From positions 1 to 56,406 of the forward strand of contig JBDTOL010000141.1 in assembly GCA_039933235.1 (NCBI GenBank): 56,406 nucleotides of DNA, read 5' to 3'. The first letter of the stretch is position 1. Each line of letters begins with the position of its first letter. The notes beneath the pieces were generated by a model that searched no databases, had not been told where the DNA came from, and worked only from the letters and a program-made list of their open reading frames with translations. Position numbers and translations under genes: made by a program. This document shows, one piece after another, positions 28,362 through 39,208 of the stretch. The stretch comes from Spartobacteria bacterium (GTDB lineage: Bacteria; Verrucomicrobiota; Verrucomicrobiia; Chthoniobacterales; UBA10450).

Positions 28362-29438
28362 TTGTGCAGCGGACACAGGATTGGTTATGCAAGGGCATCG
28401 ACGATGCATTCGCTACGCGCATTTCTGCGGGGTTTGATCGGGTTCTTTCGCGCGATCCCGGAACTATTGCGATTGTTGTTCGAGCTTCCCCTGCGGCTCT
28501 GCCAGCTACTGGTCTATCTCTGCCGCCATGGCGTGAGTTGTCTCTGCCCGCGGTGTGATTGCAGGGGCGTTGCCGTCCCGCCGGAGATTTACAAGCGCCC
28601 GGACCCGATGCTTTACAGCCAGCAGTGGCTTATGAGCCAAGGGCTCGCGGTTACCTGGGATAACCCTGACATCCAGCTCTACCGGGACAATGCGCCGGTC
28701 GCCTCTCACCTGCTGGAAAGGGCGACGGAATACGAAGTGCGGGTACGCATTTGGAACAACTCGTACGACGCGCCCGCCCCCGCGCTGCCGGTCGATTTGC
28801 GCTTCTATGGCTTTGGAGCGGGGACGTCCGGGACTTTCATCGGCCAGACCTATGTTGATCTCGGAGCCAAAGGGACGGCGCAATGTCCGGTCTTCGCTTC
28901 CTTTCTTTGGAAAACGCCGGAGCAAGCCGGGCACTATTGCCTGCAGGCTAAACTCATCTGGGACGACGACGCCAACCCGAACAACAACCTCGGCCAGGAA
29001 AACACGACCGTAGGCACTATTCACTCACCCGTCAGCTTTAACTTTCGAGTGAAAAACAATGCCTCTGTACGCCGGCGGTTCTTTTTTGAAGTGGACGATT
29101 ACACGCTGCCGCAACTAGAGTTGTGCCGCGACGATCAACCAGCCCGCCGCCAGCAAATGACGCGACTGCGCCAAAGCCGCGAAAGATGGAAGCAGGCGCT
29201 CGCCAGCCAGGCCTATGGCCGGTTCTCCGACCTGCCGGATTGGACGATCCACTTCGAGCCGGAGCGGGACGTCCTCGCTCCGCGGGAGGAGATCGGGGTA
29301 AAGGTCGCGATCGAACCGAAGACGCCCGGCTTCAAGAGCCGGAAAGCGTTTAACGTGCATGTCTTTGCTTCCCCTTCCGAGGAGGAAAAGCAACACCGTC
29401 AGTATATTGGGGGCGTAACTCTCTACGTCGAAAGCTAA
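28362..29438 (+). CDS. hypothetical protein with a Cys-rich amphipathic N-terminus and CARDB-like beta-sandwich domains
   Basis: 358 aa. N-terminus LCRHGVSCLCPRCDC. A CARDB-like segment ends in DDDANPNNNLGQENT, followed by a second beta-rich domain. Alternative start at 28404 (MHSLRAF). Confidence 0.6.
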   Translation: MCSGHRIGYARASTMHSLRAFLRGLIGFFRAIPELLRLLFELPLRLCQLLVYLCRHGVSCLCPRCDCRGVAVPPEIYKRPDPMLYSQQWLMSQGLAVTWDNPDIQLYRDNAPVASHLLERATEYEVRVRIWNNSYDAPAPALPVDLRFYGFGAGTSGTFIGQTYVDLGAKGTAQCPVFASFLWKTPEQAGHYCLQAKLIWDDDANPNNNLGQENTTVGTIHSPVSFNFRVKNNASVRRRFFFEVDDYTLPQLELCRDDQPARRQQMTRLRQSRERWKQALASQAYGRFSDLPDWTIHFEPERDVLAPREEIGVKVAIEPKTPGFKSRKAFNVHVFASPSEEEKQHRQYIGGVTLYVES

Positions 29439-29445
29439 CTCCACC

Positions 29446-30660
29446 ATGGCGTTCAAAAAATATACTCAGTGTTACAGCTATCTGGAGACGGGGGTTAAGC
29501 CTTTCCACATCGACGATCTGGTCGCCACTGTCGCGGGAGCTGCAGGAGTGGGTGCGGTTGGAGCGATCATCTCGTGGGCTTTGGGCATATGGGTGCTCGG
29601 AGGCATTTTTTTCACGATTGGGTTTGTGAACGCCATCATCACGGTGGCTAACCTCTGGCTTTATCACCGGCTCGCCTGCCTGACAGGGGTGAAATGTGCG
29701 GTCGGCATGGTACATCAAAAGCCAGATGACGGTGGCCTGGGTAATTTCGATAACGACCAGTTTTTCAACGTTATCCTGATGCCGCATCGCTTGGAAGACA
29801 CGAATGGTGCCGATGGCAACACGACGCCCGAGCTCGATGCGCATCCCGAGAACTACGTGCACCGCGATGGCCTGATGGGTGAGGAGCTTCTCACCAGCAT
29901 TCCAGAAAGCGGCGATCTGCCCTACGACTTCAGCAAGGAAGAATCGACCACTTTGCATTGCGAAGCGGAGGGAGCCTTCTGGGTGAAGATGAAGGAGTGG
30001 GCCGTGGTAATGGGAATCATTCTCGGCACCACCACCACCTTGGGCGTGGCGGGAGGTGCGGCGGCGGGCGCAGCCATTGGTTGTGCCTTCGGTCCCATCA
30101 TTTGCCTGCTCGCCATTATCATCGGTGCCATCATTGGCGGGCTCATTGGCGGAGCGGTGGGCGGGGCGATCGATGCCGGCATCATGGCGATTATTTTCGA
30201 GGCCAGCATGGGCGATGTCGAAGAGGCTAACGTAGGCGACGCCGATTTGGGTCCGATTCGCGAGGGCGATCGGGTAATCGTTCTCGGCGAACACGTCTAT
30301 GACGGATTCCACGAAGGCTGGAACGAATTTCATCCCCTCATGGCCGTGATGAAACTGAATCAAACCAACCAGTTCAGCTATCTGCTTTGGGACCCTGCCT
30401 TTCCCGATGGTGGGGCCGCGCCCGGCGATACTGATGATATGCCGGCCGATATTCGGAATCTTTTCGCCCAAGATATTCAGGAAGGGTTGAGCTCGACGAA
30501 ATTCGCGAAGAGAGCACATTGGTTGCGCCGAAAATATTGCGGGATGCTGCGCGATGCGTTTGAGCCGCGGACGCGCGACGAACAAAAGAAAGCACGCCAT
30601 CGTTGGACAATTCATCCGGCGGTAGATGGATGCCGGGAGGAGGAAGAGATAATCCACTGA
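29446..30660 (+). CDS. hypothetical integral membrane protein with glycine-zipper segments
   Basis: 404 aa. Gly/Ala-rich TM blocks are VAGAAGVGAVGAIISWALGIWVLGG and GVAGGAAAGAAIGCAFGP...GAIIGGLIGGAVGGAIDAG. The soluble part contains His-rich GEHVYDGFHEGWNEFHP. It starts 8 nt after the preceding gene. Confidence 0.6.
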   Translation: MAFKKYTQCYSYLETGVKPFHIDDLVATVAGAAGVGAVGAIISWALGIWVLGGIFFTIGFVNAIITVANLWLYHRLACLTGVKCAVGMVHQKPDDGGLGNFDNDQFFNVILMPHRLEDTNGADGNTTPELDAHPENYVHRDGLMGEELLTSIPESGDLPYDFSKEESTTLHCEAEGAFWVKMKEWAVVMGIILGTTTTLGVAGGAAAGAAIGCAFGPIICLLAIIIGAIIGGLIGGAVGGAIDAGIMAIIFEASMGDVEEANVGDADLGPIREGDRVIVLGEHVYDGFHEGWNEFHPLMAVMKLNQTNQFSYLLWDPAFPDGGAAPGDTDDMPADIRNLFAQDIQEGLSSTKFAKRAHWLRRKYCGMLRDAFEPRTRDEQKKARHRWTIHPAVDGCREEEEIIH

Positions 30661-30698
30661 GAGACGCTGTGCCGACGCGGCGCAGCCCTCGTCCTTCG

Positions 30699-32066
30699 TT
30701 AGCTTGACTTAAACTCCGCCACCAGCGCCTGCAGGCTGGCCTTGGCGTCGCCGAATAGCATCCGGGTGTTCGGCTTGAAGAAGAGCGGGTTTTCGATTCC
30801 CGCAAAACCCGAGGCCATTGAGCGTTTGAGAACAAAGACGGTGCCCGCTTCGTCCACGTTGATGATCGGCATGCCGTAGATTGGACTCGATGGGTTTTCG
30901 CGCGCGGCCGGGTTGACCACATCGTTCGCGCCGATCACGATCGCGACGTCCATTGTAGCCATCGTGGGATTGATCGCGTCCATTTCCACCAGCTGCTCAT
31001 AAGGCACATCCGCTTCGGCCAGGAGGACGTTCATGTGGCCCGGCATCCGGCCTGCCACGGGATGGATGGCATAACGAACCTCGGCGCCGTTGGCCTCAAG
31101 CAGGTCAGCCAGCTCACGCAAAACGTGCTGGGCTTGCGCCACGGCCATGCCGTAACCCGGCACAAGCACGACCTGCGAGGCCGCCTCGAGCACAAAGTAA
31201 GCTGACTCCGGCGTGATCGGCTTGGCTTCACCGGTGACTGACTCTTCCCCGGCGCTGGAGGTGGCGCCGAAGCCGGCCAGGAATACATTAGCGATGGAGC
31301 GATTCATCGCCTTGCACATGATCTGGGTAAGGATGATACCGCTCGCTCCCACCAGGGAGCCGGCCACAATAAGCACGGTGTTTTGAATGATGAATCCTGC
31401 CGCCGCCGCGGCCAGGCCCGAGTAACTATTGAGCAACGCAATGACGACTGGCATATCCGCGCCGCCAATCGGGATCACGGCCAGCACTCCCAGGATGAGC
31501 GAGAGCAGGATGATGAGGAGGAAAATAAAGTAGTTACCCCCGGGATGAGCACAGAAGATAAAGCCGAGCAGAACAACCAGAAGAAGGAGACCGGCGTTGA
31601 TGACCTGTTGGAAGGAGAACAGGATCGGGCGCGATTGGATCTTTTCCGCCAGCTTGGCGTAAGCGAGCACGCTGCCGGTGAGAGTGACACCACCGATCAG
31701 GACGGCCAGGAAGATGGGCAGCGTCGTCGCCACGGGCTGGACGGGGTGATTGTGGTATTCCACCCATCCGACGAGCAAGCTCGAGAGACCTCCTGCGCCA
31801 TTGAAGAGAGCGACCATCTCCGGCATCGCGGTCATCTGCACTCGTTGGGCTGCGACCGCGCCGATGGCCGCTCCGACGACCAGGCCGACGATGATCCATT
31901 GATAATGAAGACCGCTGACCAGCAGTGTCGCGACGATCGCGAGCAACATGCCGATGGCAGAGATCAGGTTGCCCCGGCGAGACGTCGCTTGTTTCCCGAG
32001 AAACTTGAGACCCAGGATGAAAAGGATCGCCGCGACGAGGTAGGACCAATCGATGAGCAGAGGCAT
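30699..32066 (-). CDS. pntB: NAD(P) transhydrogenase subunit beta
   Basis: 455 aa. Multi-TM N-terminal half plus the NADP(H)-binding dIII domain (PGYGMAVAQAQH..., VIGANDVVNPAA). Confidence 0.92.
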   Translation of the reverse strand: MPLLIDWSYLVAAILFILGLKFLGKQATSRRGNLISAIGMLLAIVATLLVSGLHYQWIIVGLVVGAAIGAVAAQRVQMTAMPEMVALFNGAGGLSSLLVGWVEYHNHPVQPVATTLPIFLAVLIGGVTLTGSVLAYAKLAEKIQSRPILFSFQQVINAGLLLLVVLLGFIFCAHPGGNYFIFLLIILLSLILGVLAVIPIGGADMPVVIALLNSYSGLAAAAAGFIIQNTVLIVAGSLVGASGIILTQIMCKAMNRSIANVFLAGFGATSSAGEESVTGEAKPITPESAYFVLEAASQVVLVPGYGMAVAQAQHVLRELADLLEANGAEVRYAIHPVAGRMPGHMNVLLAEADVPYEQLVEMDAINPTMATMDVAIVIGANDVVNPAARENPSSPIYGMPIINVDEAGTVFVLKRSMASGFAGIENPLFFKPNTRMLFGDAKASLQALVAEFKSS

Positions 32067-32069
32067 GAG

Positions 32070-32345
32070 CTACTTCTTCTTCGATTTGAACATCGCCAGC
32101 ATGCGATCGGTTACGAGATATCCGCCGACCACATTGACCGTGGCGAAGATAACCGCGAGCACACCGAGAGTGGTTGCGACCGCGCCACCTTCGGTGCCGG
32201 CCGCGATCAAGGCGCCCACGATCGTGATCCCGGAAATGGCGTTCGAGCCAGACATGAGCGGGGTGTGCAATTGCGAAGGTACCTTGGCGATCAGCTCGAA
32301 GCCGAGAAAGACGCAAAGAACAAAAATGAAAAGGAGAAGGATCAT
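32070..32345 (-). CDS. pntAB: NAD(P) transhydrogenase subunit alpha, part 2 (membrane)
   Basis: 91 aa with three TM helices (HTPLMSGSNAISGITIVGA). Its stop is 3 nt upstream of the pntB start. Confidence 0.88.
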   Translation of the reverse strand: MILLLFIFVLCVFLGFELIAKVPSQLHTPLMSGSNAISGITIVGALIAAGTEGGAVATTLGVLAVIFATVNVVGGYLVTDRMLAMFKSKKK

Positions 32346-32475
32346 AAGTCAGTCGGACAGATCTTGGAGGGACGGGAGCTGTCCCGTCCCCGGCTCAGAA
32401 TCGGGGACGAAACCCGCCACGGCGGGCAGGCTCCGGTCGTCCCTTTTGCGAACTTGTTTGTCACGGTCATATTCG

Positions 32476-33612
32476 TTAGGCAGAATAAAGCTTCTTGATC
32501 GTGTCGTTCACGATCTTGCCGTCGTGAGTCAGAACACAGTACTTAAGGATCTCGTCGTTCAGGTCGAGGCGAAAACTCTTCGCTTCCTTGTCCCAGAAAT
32601 GCTCGAGCAGGCTGACCAGGTTATTCGAATACATCTCGCTTGCGTGCCGGGCCACGCGTCCCGGGAGATTTCTCATCCCGATAACCCGGACGCCATTGCG
32701 TTCGACCACTTCGTCGGACCTGGAACATTCGACGTTGCCGCCGCTCTCCACCGCCATGTCGACGATGACGCTGCCCGGCTGCATCTGGTCGACCATCGCG
32801 TTGGTCACGATTAAAGGCGCTTTCCGCCCAAAAACCTGCGCGGTCGTGATGACGATGTCGGCCTTCGCACAATGTTGAGCCATCACTTCGCGCTGCTTCT
32901 CCAGCTGCTCGGGGGTCAGCTCCCGCGCATAACCCTGGTCGGTCTGACCAGTTTCTCCGAGATCGACTCTGACGAATTTCGCCCCTAACGAATGGACCTG
33001 CTCTTCCACCGCCGGCCGGGTGTCGAACGCCTCGACCCGCGCGCCGAGACGCCGCGCCGTCGCAATGACCTGGAGGCCGGCCACGCCCACCCCGATAACA
33101 AAGAGGCGGACCGGTTTGAGTGTCCCGGCCGGTGTCATCATCATCGGAAATATGCGGTCGATCGTTCCGGCGGCGGCGATGACCGCGGCGTAGCCTGCCA
33201 AGCTGGCTTGGGAACTGAGCACGTCCATCTTTTGCGCAATCGTGATCCGGGGCAGCATCTCGAGACCGATGGCGGTCACCCCCGCGGCGGCAAGGGCGCG
33301 GACCAGCTCGCGCTCGTTAAAGGCGTCGAGCAGGCTGACGTGAATGCAGCCGCGCTTGAGGCTGGCGACTTCGTCTTGCGGCGGCTTGCGCACGCGCAGG
33401 ACAACATCACTTGACCGCAGCGCTTCCGCACGATCGCTCGTGATCTGTGCGCCGGCCGCCTGGTAGGCTTCATCCGAGGCGGAAATAGCCTGGCCTAAGC
33501 CGGCTTCGACCCAGATTTCCGGGCCCAGCGCAGCGAGACGCTTCACTGCGTCCGGCACCAGCGCGACGCGGGTTTCCCCGCTCTCGGTTTCTCTTGGAAC
33601 AAAAACTCGCAT
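32476..33612 (-). CDS. pntAA: NAD(P) transhydrogenase subunit alpha, part 1 (dI, alanine dehydrogenase-like)
   Basis: 378 aa. Blocks RVALVPD and Rossmann loop VIGVGVAGLQ, with typical dI sequence throughout. Confidence 0.92.
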   Translation of the reverse strand: MRVFVPRETESGETRVALVPDAVKRLAALGPEIWVEAGLGQAISASDEAYQAAGAQITSDRAEALRSSDVVLRVRKPPQDEVASLKRGCIHVSLLDAFNERELVRALAAAGVTAIGLEMLPRITIAQKMDVLSSQASLAGYAAVIAAAGTIDRIFPMMMTPAGTLKPVRLFVIGVGVAGLQVIATARRLGARVEAFDTRPAVEEQVHSLGAKFVRVDLGETGQTDQGYARELTPEQLEKQREVMAQHCAKADIVITTAQVFGRKAPLIVTNAMVDQMQPGSVIVDMAVESGGNVECSRSDEVVERNGVRVIGMRNLPGRVARHASEMYSNNLVSLLEHFWDKEAKSFRLDLNDEILKYCVLTHDGKIVNDTIKKLYSA

Positions 33613-33684
33613 GATCCGCGCAACGCTAACAACTCAGGCACCCACAGCAACCAAAAGTGCGGCAGACCGTCGCCCACTCGATCG

Positions 33685-34167
33685 TTAGGCAACTCTCCCC
33701 GCGTCGAGACGGTAAACTGCCGCGACCACTTCCTGCTCCATGGGCGCCGCGGGATAACCGACGGTGAGGCACTCCGTCAGGTATTGGCGGAGAAATTCCT
33801 CGATGCCACCAAGGCGCTCATACTGCTCCGTGTGCGCCAATTCGTGGGCGATAAGCCGCCCATCCCGCCAGCAATCAGCCCGGACAAAAATACCGTAACG
33901 CAAGGCCAGCCCGCGCGTGGCCGGGGTAAGGAATTCCACCGCAGAAGCGGCGGCGCGCAAGGTGAGATCATCCGGCATCGGCACGCGGGCAAGACAGAGC
34001 AACCGCACCTTGCCGGGATCGCGCACCCCGAGTGCCCGCGCATCCGACAGCTCGTCTTCCGTCAGCGGCACGCCTTCGCGCAGGATCCGCCTCTCGAGCG
34101 CCTCGGCCCAGCGCGCGGCGAGCGGAAGCCATCTGCCGGATTGGGCCAGCAACATTTTTCGAGTCAT
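33685..34167 (-). CDS. hypothetical small HExxH protein (putative zinc-dependent hydrolase)
   Basis: Motif IAHELAHTEQYERLGG. Start chosen at MTRKMLL (34167); the ORF track gives 34212. Confidence 0.5.
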   Translation of the reverse strand: MTRKMLLAQSGRWLPLAARWAEALERRILREGVPLTEDELSDARALGVRDPGKVRLLCLARVPMPDDLTLRAAASAVEFLTPATRGLALRYGIFVRADCWRDGRLIAHELAHTEQYERLGGIEEFLRQYLTECLTVGYPAAPMEQEVVAAVYRLDAGRVA

Positions 34168-34260
34168 CGGACGCGAGAGAGTCTGGCGCGGGCCGGCGCG
34201 TTCGTCGAGCACGCCACGTTTCCACTTGTCGGCGACGCGCGCTTCGTTGATTCATCCGCC

Positions 34261-35250
34261 ATGGCCGAGTCGAAGTGCGCGCTCATCACCGGGATCACCG
34301 GCCAGGACGGCTCCTATCTGACCGAGCTGCTGCTGGCCAAGGGCTATGCCGTCCACGGAGTCGTTAGGCGGACGAGCAACCTGCTCCGTTCCCGCATCGA
34401 GCACCTGCGCGCCGACGATTCCATCTATGGGAGCAGGTTGTTCCTGCACTACGGCAACCTGACCGACGGCACCACGCTGCGCCGGATCTTCGCCAAGGTG
34501 CAACCGGCGGAGGTTTACCATCTCGCCGGTCAAAGCCACGTCGGCCTGAGCTTTGAAATCCCGGAGTCGACCTCGGAAGAGATCGCCATGGCGACGCTGC
34601 GACTGCTCGAGATCTCGCGCGATCAGCCGCAACCAGTGCGTTTTTATAACGCCTCGAGCTCGGAGATTTTCGGCTCCGCGACCGAATCGCCCCAGACCGA
34701 GGAGACACCGCTTCGCCCGGCCAGTCCCTACGGTTGCGCGAAGGCCTTTGCGACCCAGCTGGCGCGCGTCTACCGCGAGGCCTACGGCTTGTTTGTCTGT
34801 AACGGCATTCTCTATAATCACGAGTCGCCCCGGCGCGGGGAGAACTTCGTCACCCGCAAAATCGCGCGCGCGGTGGCGCGGATCAGCCGCGGTCTCGAAC
34901 AGGAGCTGGTGCTTGGCAACGTTTCCGCCAGACGCGATTGGGGCCATGCGCAGGACTACGTGGAAGCGATGTGGCTGATGCTGCAGCATGCGACGCCGGA
35001 TGATTACGTGGTGGCGACGGGTGAAACGCATTCCGTCGAAGATTTCATCGAAGCGGCCTTCGCGGTGGTCGATCTTCCACCGGAGAAATATGTGAAGCAG
35101 GACGCTTCTTTTGAGCGCCCGACCGAGCCCTCCCGGCTGGTCGGTTCACCGGAGAAAATCCGGCGCGCGCTCGGTTGGAAACCGCAGCACGATTTCAAGG
35201 CGCTGGTGCGCGAGATGGTGGAGGCGGAGCTAGCTGCCATCCCTTTGTAA
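34261..35250 (+). CDS. gmd: GDP-mannose 4,6-dehydratase
   Basis: Starts MAESKCALITGITGQDGSYLTELLL, with SPYGCAK and NHESPRRG blocks. The 488-aa track ORF is an artefactual upstream extension across the opposite-strand gene. Confidence 0.92.
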   Translation: MAESKCALITGITGQDGSYLTELLLAKGYAVHGVVRRTSNLLRSRIEHLRADDSIYGSRLFLHYGNLTDGTTLRRIFAKVQPAEVYHLAGQSHVGLSFEIPESTSEEIAMATLRLLEISRDQPQPVRFYNASSSEIFGSATESPQTEETPLRPASPYGCAKAFATQLARVYREAYGLFVCNGILYNHESPRRGENFVTRKIARAVARISRGLEQELVLGNVSARRDWGHAQDYVEAMWLMLQHATPDDYVVATGETHSVEDFIEAAFAVVDLPPEKYVKQDASFERPTEPSRLVGSPEKIRRALGWKPQHDFKALVREMVEAELAAIPL

Positions 35251-35313
35251 CGCACGCTACAGGATCCCAGGACAGCGTTACCGATGGCTTGCGCTTTATT
35301 TCGCCGGTTCTAG

Positions 35314-35661
<348 letters not shown>

Positions 35662-35686
35662 CGGCCGCCGCGTTCAGCTTCTGCCG

Positions 35687-36553
35687 ATGCACGACTATCT
35701 GCTTTCCATCCTGCTCGGCGTGCTCGAGGGACTGACGGAATTTCTCCCGGTCAGCTCCACCGCACATCTGCGAATCGCGGAGGCGCTGTTCGCGATCGAC
35801 CTGAAGGACGGCTTTTGGAAAATGTACAGCATCGTCATCCAACTCGGGGCGGTCCTGGCTCTGACCGCGTTTTTCTGGCGGCGCATCCTGAATTTCCTCC
35901 GCACGTTTCCGCGCGGTGAAGGTGAGGATCGCACGCTGCTGACGCATCCGCTTAGCCTGGTGCTGGTGGCGTTCGTCGTGACCGCGATCCCGGCCTTTCT
36001 CCTCACCAAACTGATCGGCAAGAATCTCGAAAACCTCGCCGTGATGGCGTGGGCGCTCCTCATCGGCGGCATCGTGATGTGGATCGTCGATTCGGTCTTC
36101 GTTAGGCCGCGGATCCAGCGGATGGAGCAGACGACTCTCCCGACCGCGATCTGGATCGGCGCGGTGCAGGTGCTCTCAGCGGTTTTCCCCGGCACATCCC
36201 GCTCCATGAGCACGATCGCGGCTGGGCAGGTGGCGGGGATGTCGCGCGAGGCGGCGCTGGAGTTCTCCTTTTTTCTTTCCATCCCAACGATGTTTGTCGC
36301 GACCGGCTACGATCTGCTCAAGACGATCCGGCCTCATGCCGCGACCGAGGCCATCGCACCGCTCGTCATGACGCAGCATCTATGGACCGTGCTCGCGATC
36401 GGCTTCGTCTCGGCTTTTGTCGTGGCGCTCGCGGTCGTCGCCTGGTTCCTGCACTGGGTGCGGCGCCATGGTTTCGCCCCATTTGCGATCTATCGGATCG
36501 TGCTCGGCCTCGTGCTTCTTTTTGCGCTCTCGCACGGACTGCTTGGCCGCTGA
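35687..36553 (+). CDS. uppP: undecaprenyl-diphosphate phosphatase
   Basis: 288 aa, multi-TM, with BacA signature EGLTEFLPVSSTAHL and PGTSRS. Confidence 0.92.
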   Translation: MHDYLLSILLGVLEGLTEFLPVSSTAHLRIAEALFAIDLKDGFWKMYSIVIQLGAVLALTAFFWRRILNFLRTFPRGEGEDRTLLTHPLSLVLVAFVVTAIPAFLLTKLIGKNLENLAVMAWALLIGGIVMWIVDSVFVRPRIQRMEQTTLPTAIWIGAVQVLSAVFPGTSRSMSTIAAGQVAGMSREAALEFSFFLSIPTMFVATGYDLLKTIRPHAATEAIAPLVMTQHLWTVLAIGFVSAFVVALAVVAWFLHWVRRHGFAPFAIYRIVLGLVLLFALSHGLLGR

Positions 36554-36577
36554 GGCGAACCGGAGTAAGCTTCCTTC

Positions 36578-36979
36578 GTGCAAGCCCAGGTAATTTTACC
36601 CGATCTTCAGAGTTGCGTGCTCTGCGAGGACGTCCGTTGCGAGTTCAACGGCATGCAGACGCTCGTGGGCGTTCTCAACATCGTGCCCACGCCGAAGCTG
36701 CCGGTGAATTACCTGCGCCTTTGTATCTGGACCCGCTGGTGCAGCGGCGCCGGCCGGTTCCATCAACGCTCCAAGATCATCGGGCCGGATGACGCGCACA
36801 CGATTGCGCAGGCGGAAGTCGATTTCGATCTCAAGGAAATGGAAGGTCACGCCACCAATGTCCATTACTTTGGCGGGGTGCAGTTCCAGCAATTCGGCCT
36901 GCATCACGTCGAGATCTATCTTGGCGACGAGCTTAAACTGCGTTTCCCGCTGCCGGTGATCCAGGTCAAGACGGCCTGA
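36578..36979 (+). CDS. hypothetical protein
   Basis: 133 aa with a GTG start and coding-like composition. No motif recognised. Confidence 0.5.
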   Translation: MQAQVILPDLQSCVLCEDVRCEFNGMQTLVGVLNIVPTPKLPVNYLRLCIWTRWCSGAGRFHQRSKIIGPDDAHTIAQAEVDFDLKEMEGHATNVHYFGGVQFQQFGLHHVEIYLGDELKLRFPLPVIQVKTA

Positions 36980-38398
<1,419 letters not shown>

Positions 38399-38408
38399 CG
38401 GATTCCGA

Positions 38409-39113
38409 ATGACGAAGTCCATCCCTCGCCACGTCGCCATCATCATGGATGGCAACGGCCGCTGGGCGAAAGAGCGCGGCCTGCCCCGGATCAAGGGTCA
38501 CGAGAAAGGCGCCGACGCGGTCCGGGCCTGCGTCGAAGGCTGCGGCGATCTGCGAATCGAGTTCCTCACCCTCTACGCCTTCTCCGCGGAGAACTGGCAA
38601 CGCCCCAAGAGCGAAGTCTTCGCGCTGATGAACCTGCTCGAGCGTTTCCTGAAAGAGAAGACGCCCGAGCTCGTGGAAAAAAATGTGCGGCTCCAAGCGA
38701 TCGGGCGCTTGACCGATCTGCCGGAGGCCTGCCAGAAGCAGCTCCACAAATCGATCGAGCAGACCGCCGGCAACCACGGGCTTACCCTAATCCTTGCGCT
38801 CAGTTATGGCGGCCGGCTCGAGATCATCGACGGAATTAAGAGTCTGTTTCACGCGATCGAGCAGGGGCACATCGATCCTGCGATGATCGATGTCGAGATG
38901 TTCAGCAAACATCTTTACACCCGCTACTATCCCGATCCCGATCTGCTCATCCGCACTTCAGGCGAGATGCGGATTTCTAATTTCCTCCTCTGGCAGCTCT
39001 CCTACACCGAGATGTATGTGACCCCGAAACTGTGGCCGGATTTCGGGAAGGAAGACCTGCTCGATGCGGTCAACGAGTTTGGCCGACGCCAGCGCCGCTA
39101 CGGCGGGGTCTGA
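38409..39113 (+). CDS. uppS: isoprenyl transferase (undecaprenyl diphosphate synthase)
   Basis: 234 aa. Blocks HVAIIMDGNGRWA, FSAENWQRP, IRTSGEMRISNFLLWQ. Confidence 0.93.
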   Translation: MTKSIPRHVAIIMDGNGRWAKERGLPRIKGHEKGADAVRACVEGCGDLRIEFLTLYAFSAENWQRPKSEVFALMNLLERFLKEKTPELVEKNVRLQAIGRLTDLPEACQKQLHKSIEQTAGNHGLTLILALSYGGRLEIIDGIKSLFHAIEQGHIDPAMIDVEMFSKHLYTRYYPDPDLLIRTSGEMRISNFLLWQLSYTEMYVTPKLWPDFGKEDLLDAVNEFGRRQRRYGGV

Positions 39114-39114
39114 T

Positions 39115-39200
39115 GGTGGAGCGAGACTCCGTCGAGCAAGGGAGAGCGGGTGCCTGCCTTAACGCTACTCTTTCCCAGCTCGACAGAGTCTCGCACCACC
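39115..39200. repeat. PE-1 palindromic element (86 nt) between convergent uppS and hemW
   Basis: Sequence ggtggagcgagactccgtcgagc-(40 nt)-gctcgacagagtctcgcaccacc. It starts 2 nt after the uppS stop. Confidence 0.85.
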
Positions 39201-39208
39201 GACAACCG

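Noticed and set aside
33784-34260. N-terminal 159-aa extension of the gmd ORF (the track gives 488 aa).
   Set aside because: Gmd homologs start at MAESKCALITGITGQDGSYL (34261). The extension overlaps the opposite-strand HExxH gene and has shadow-ORF composition.
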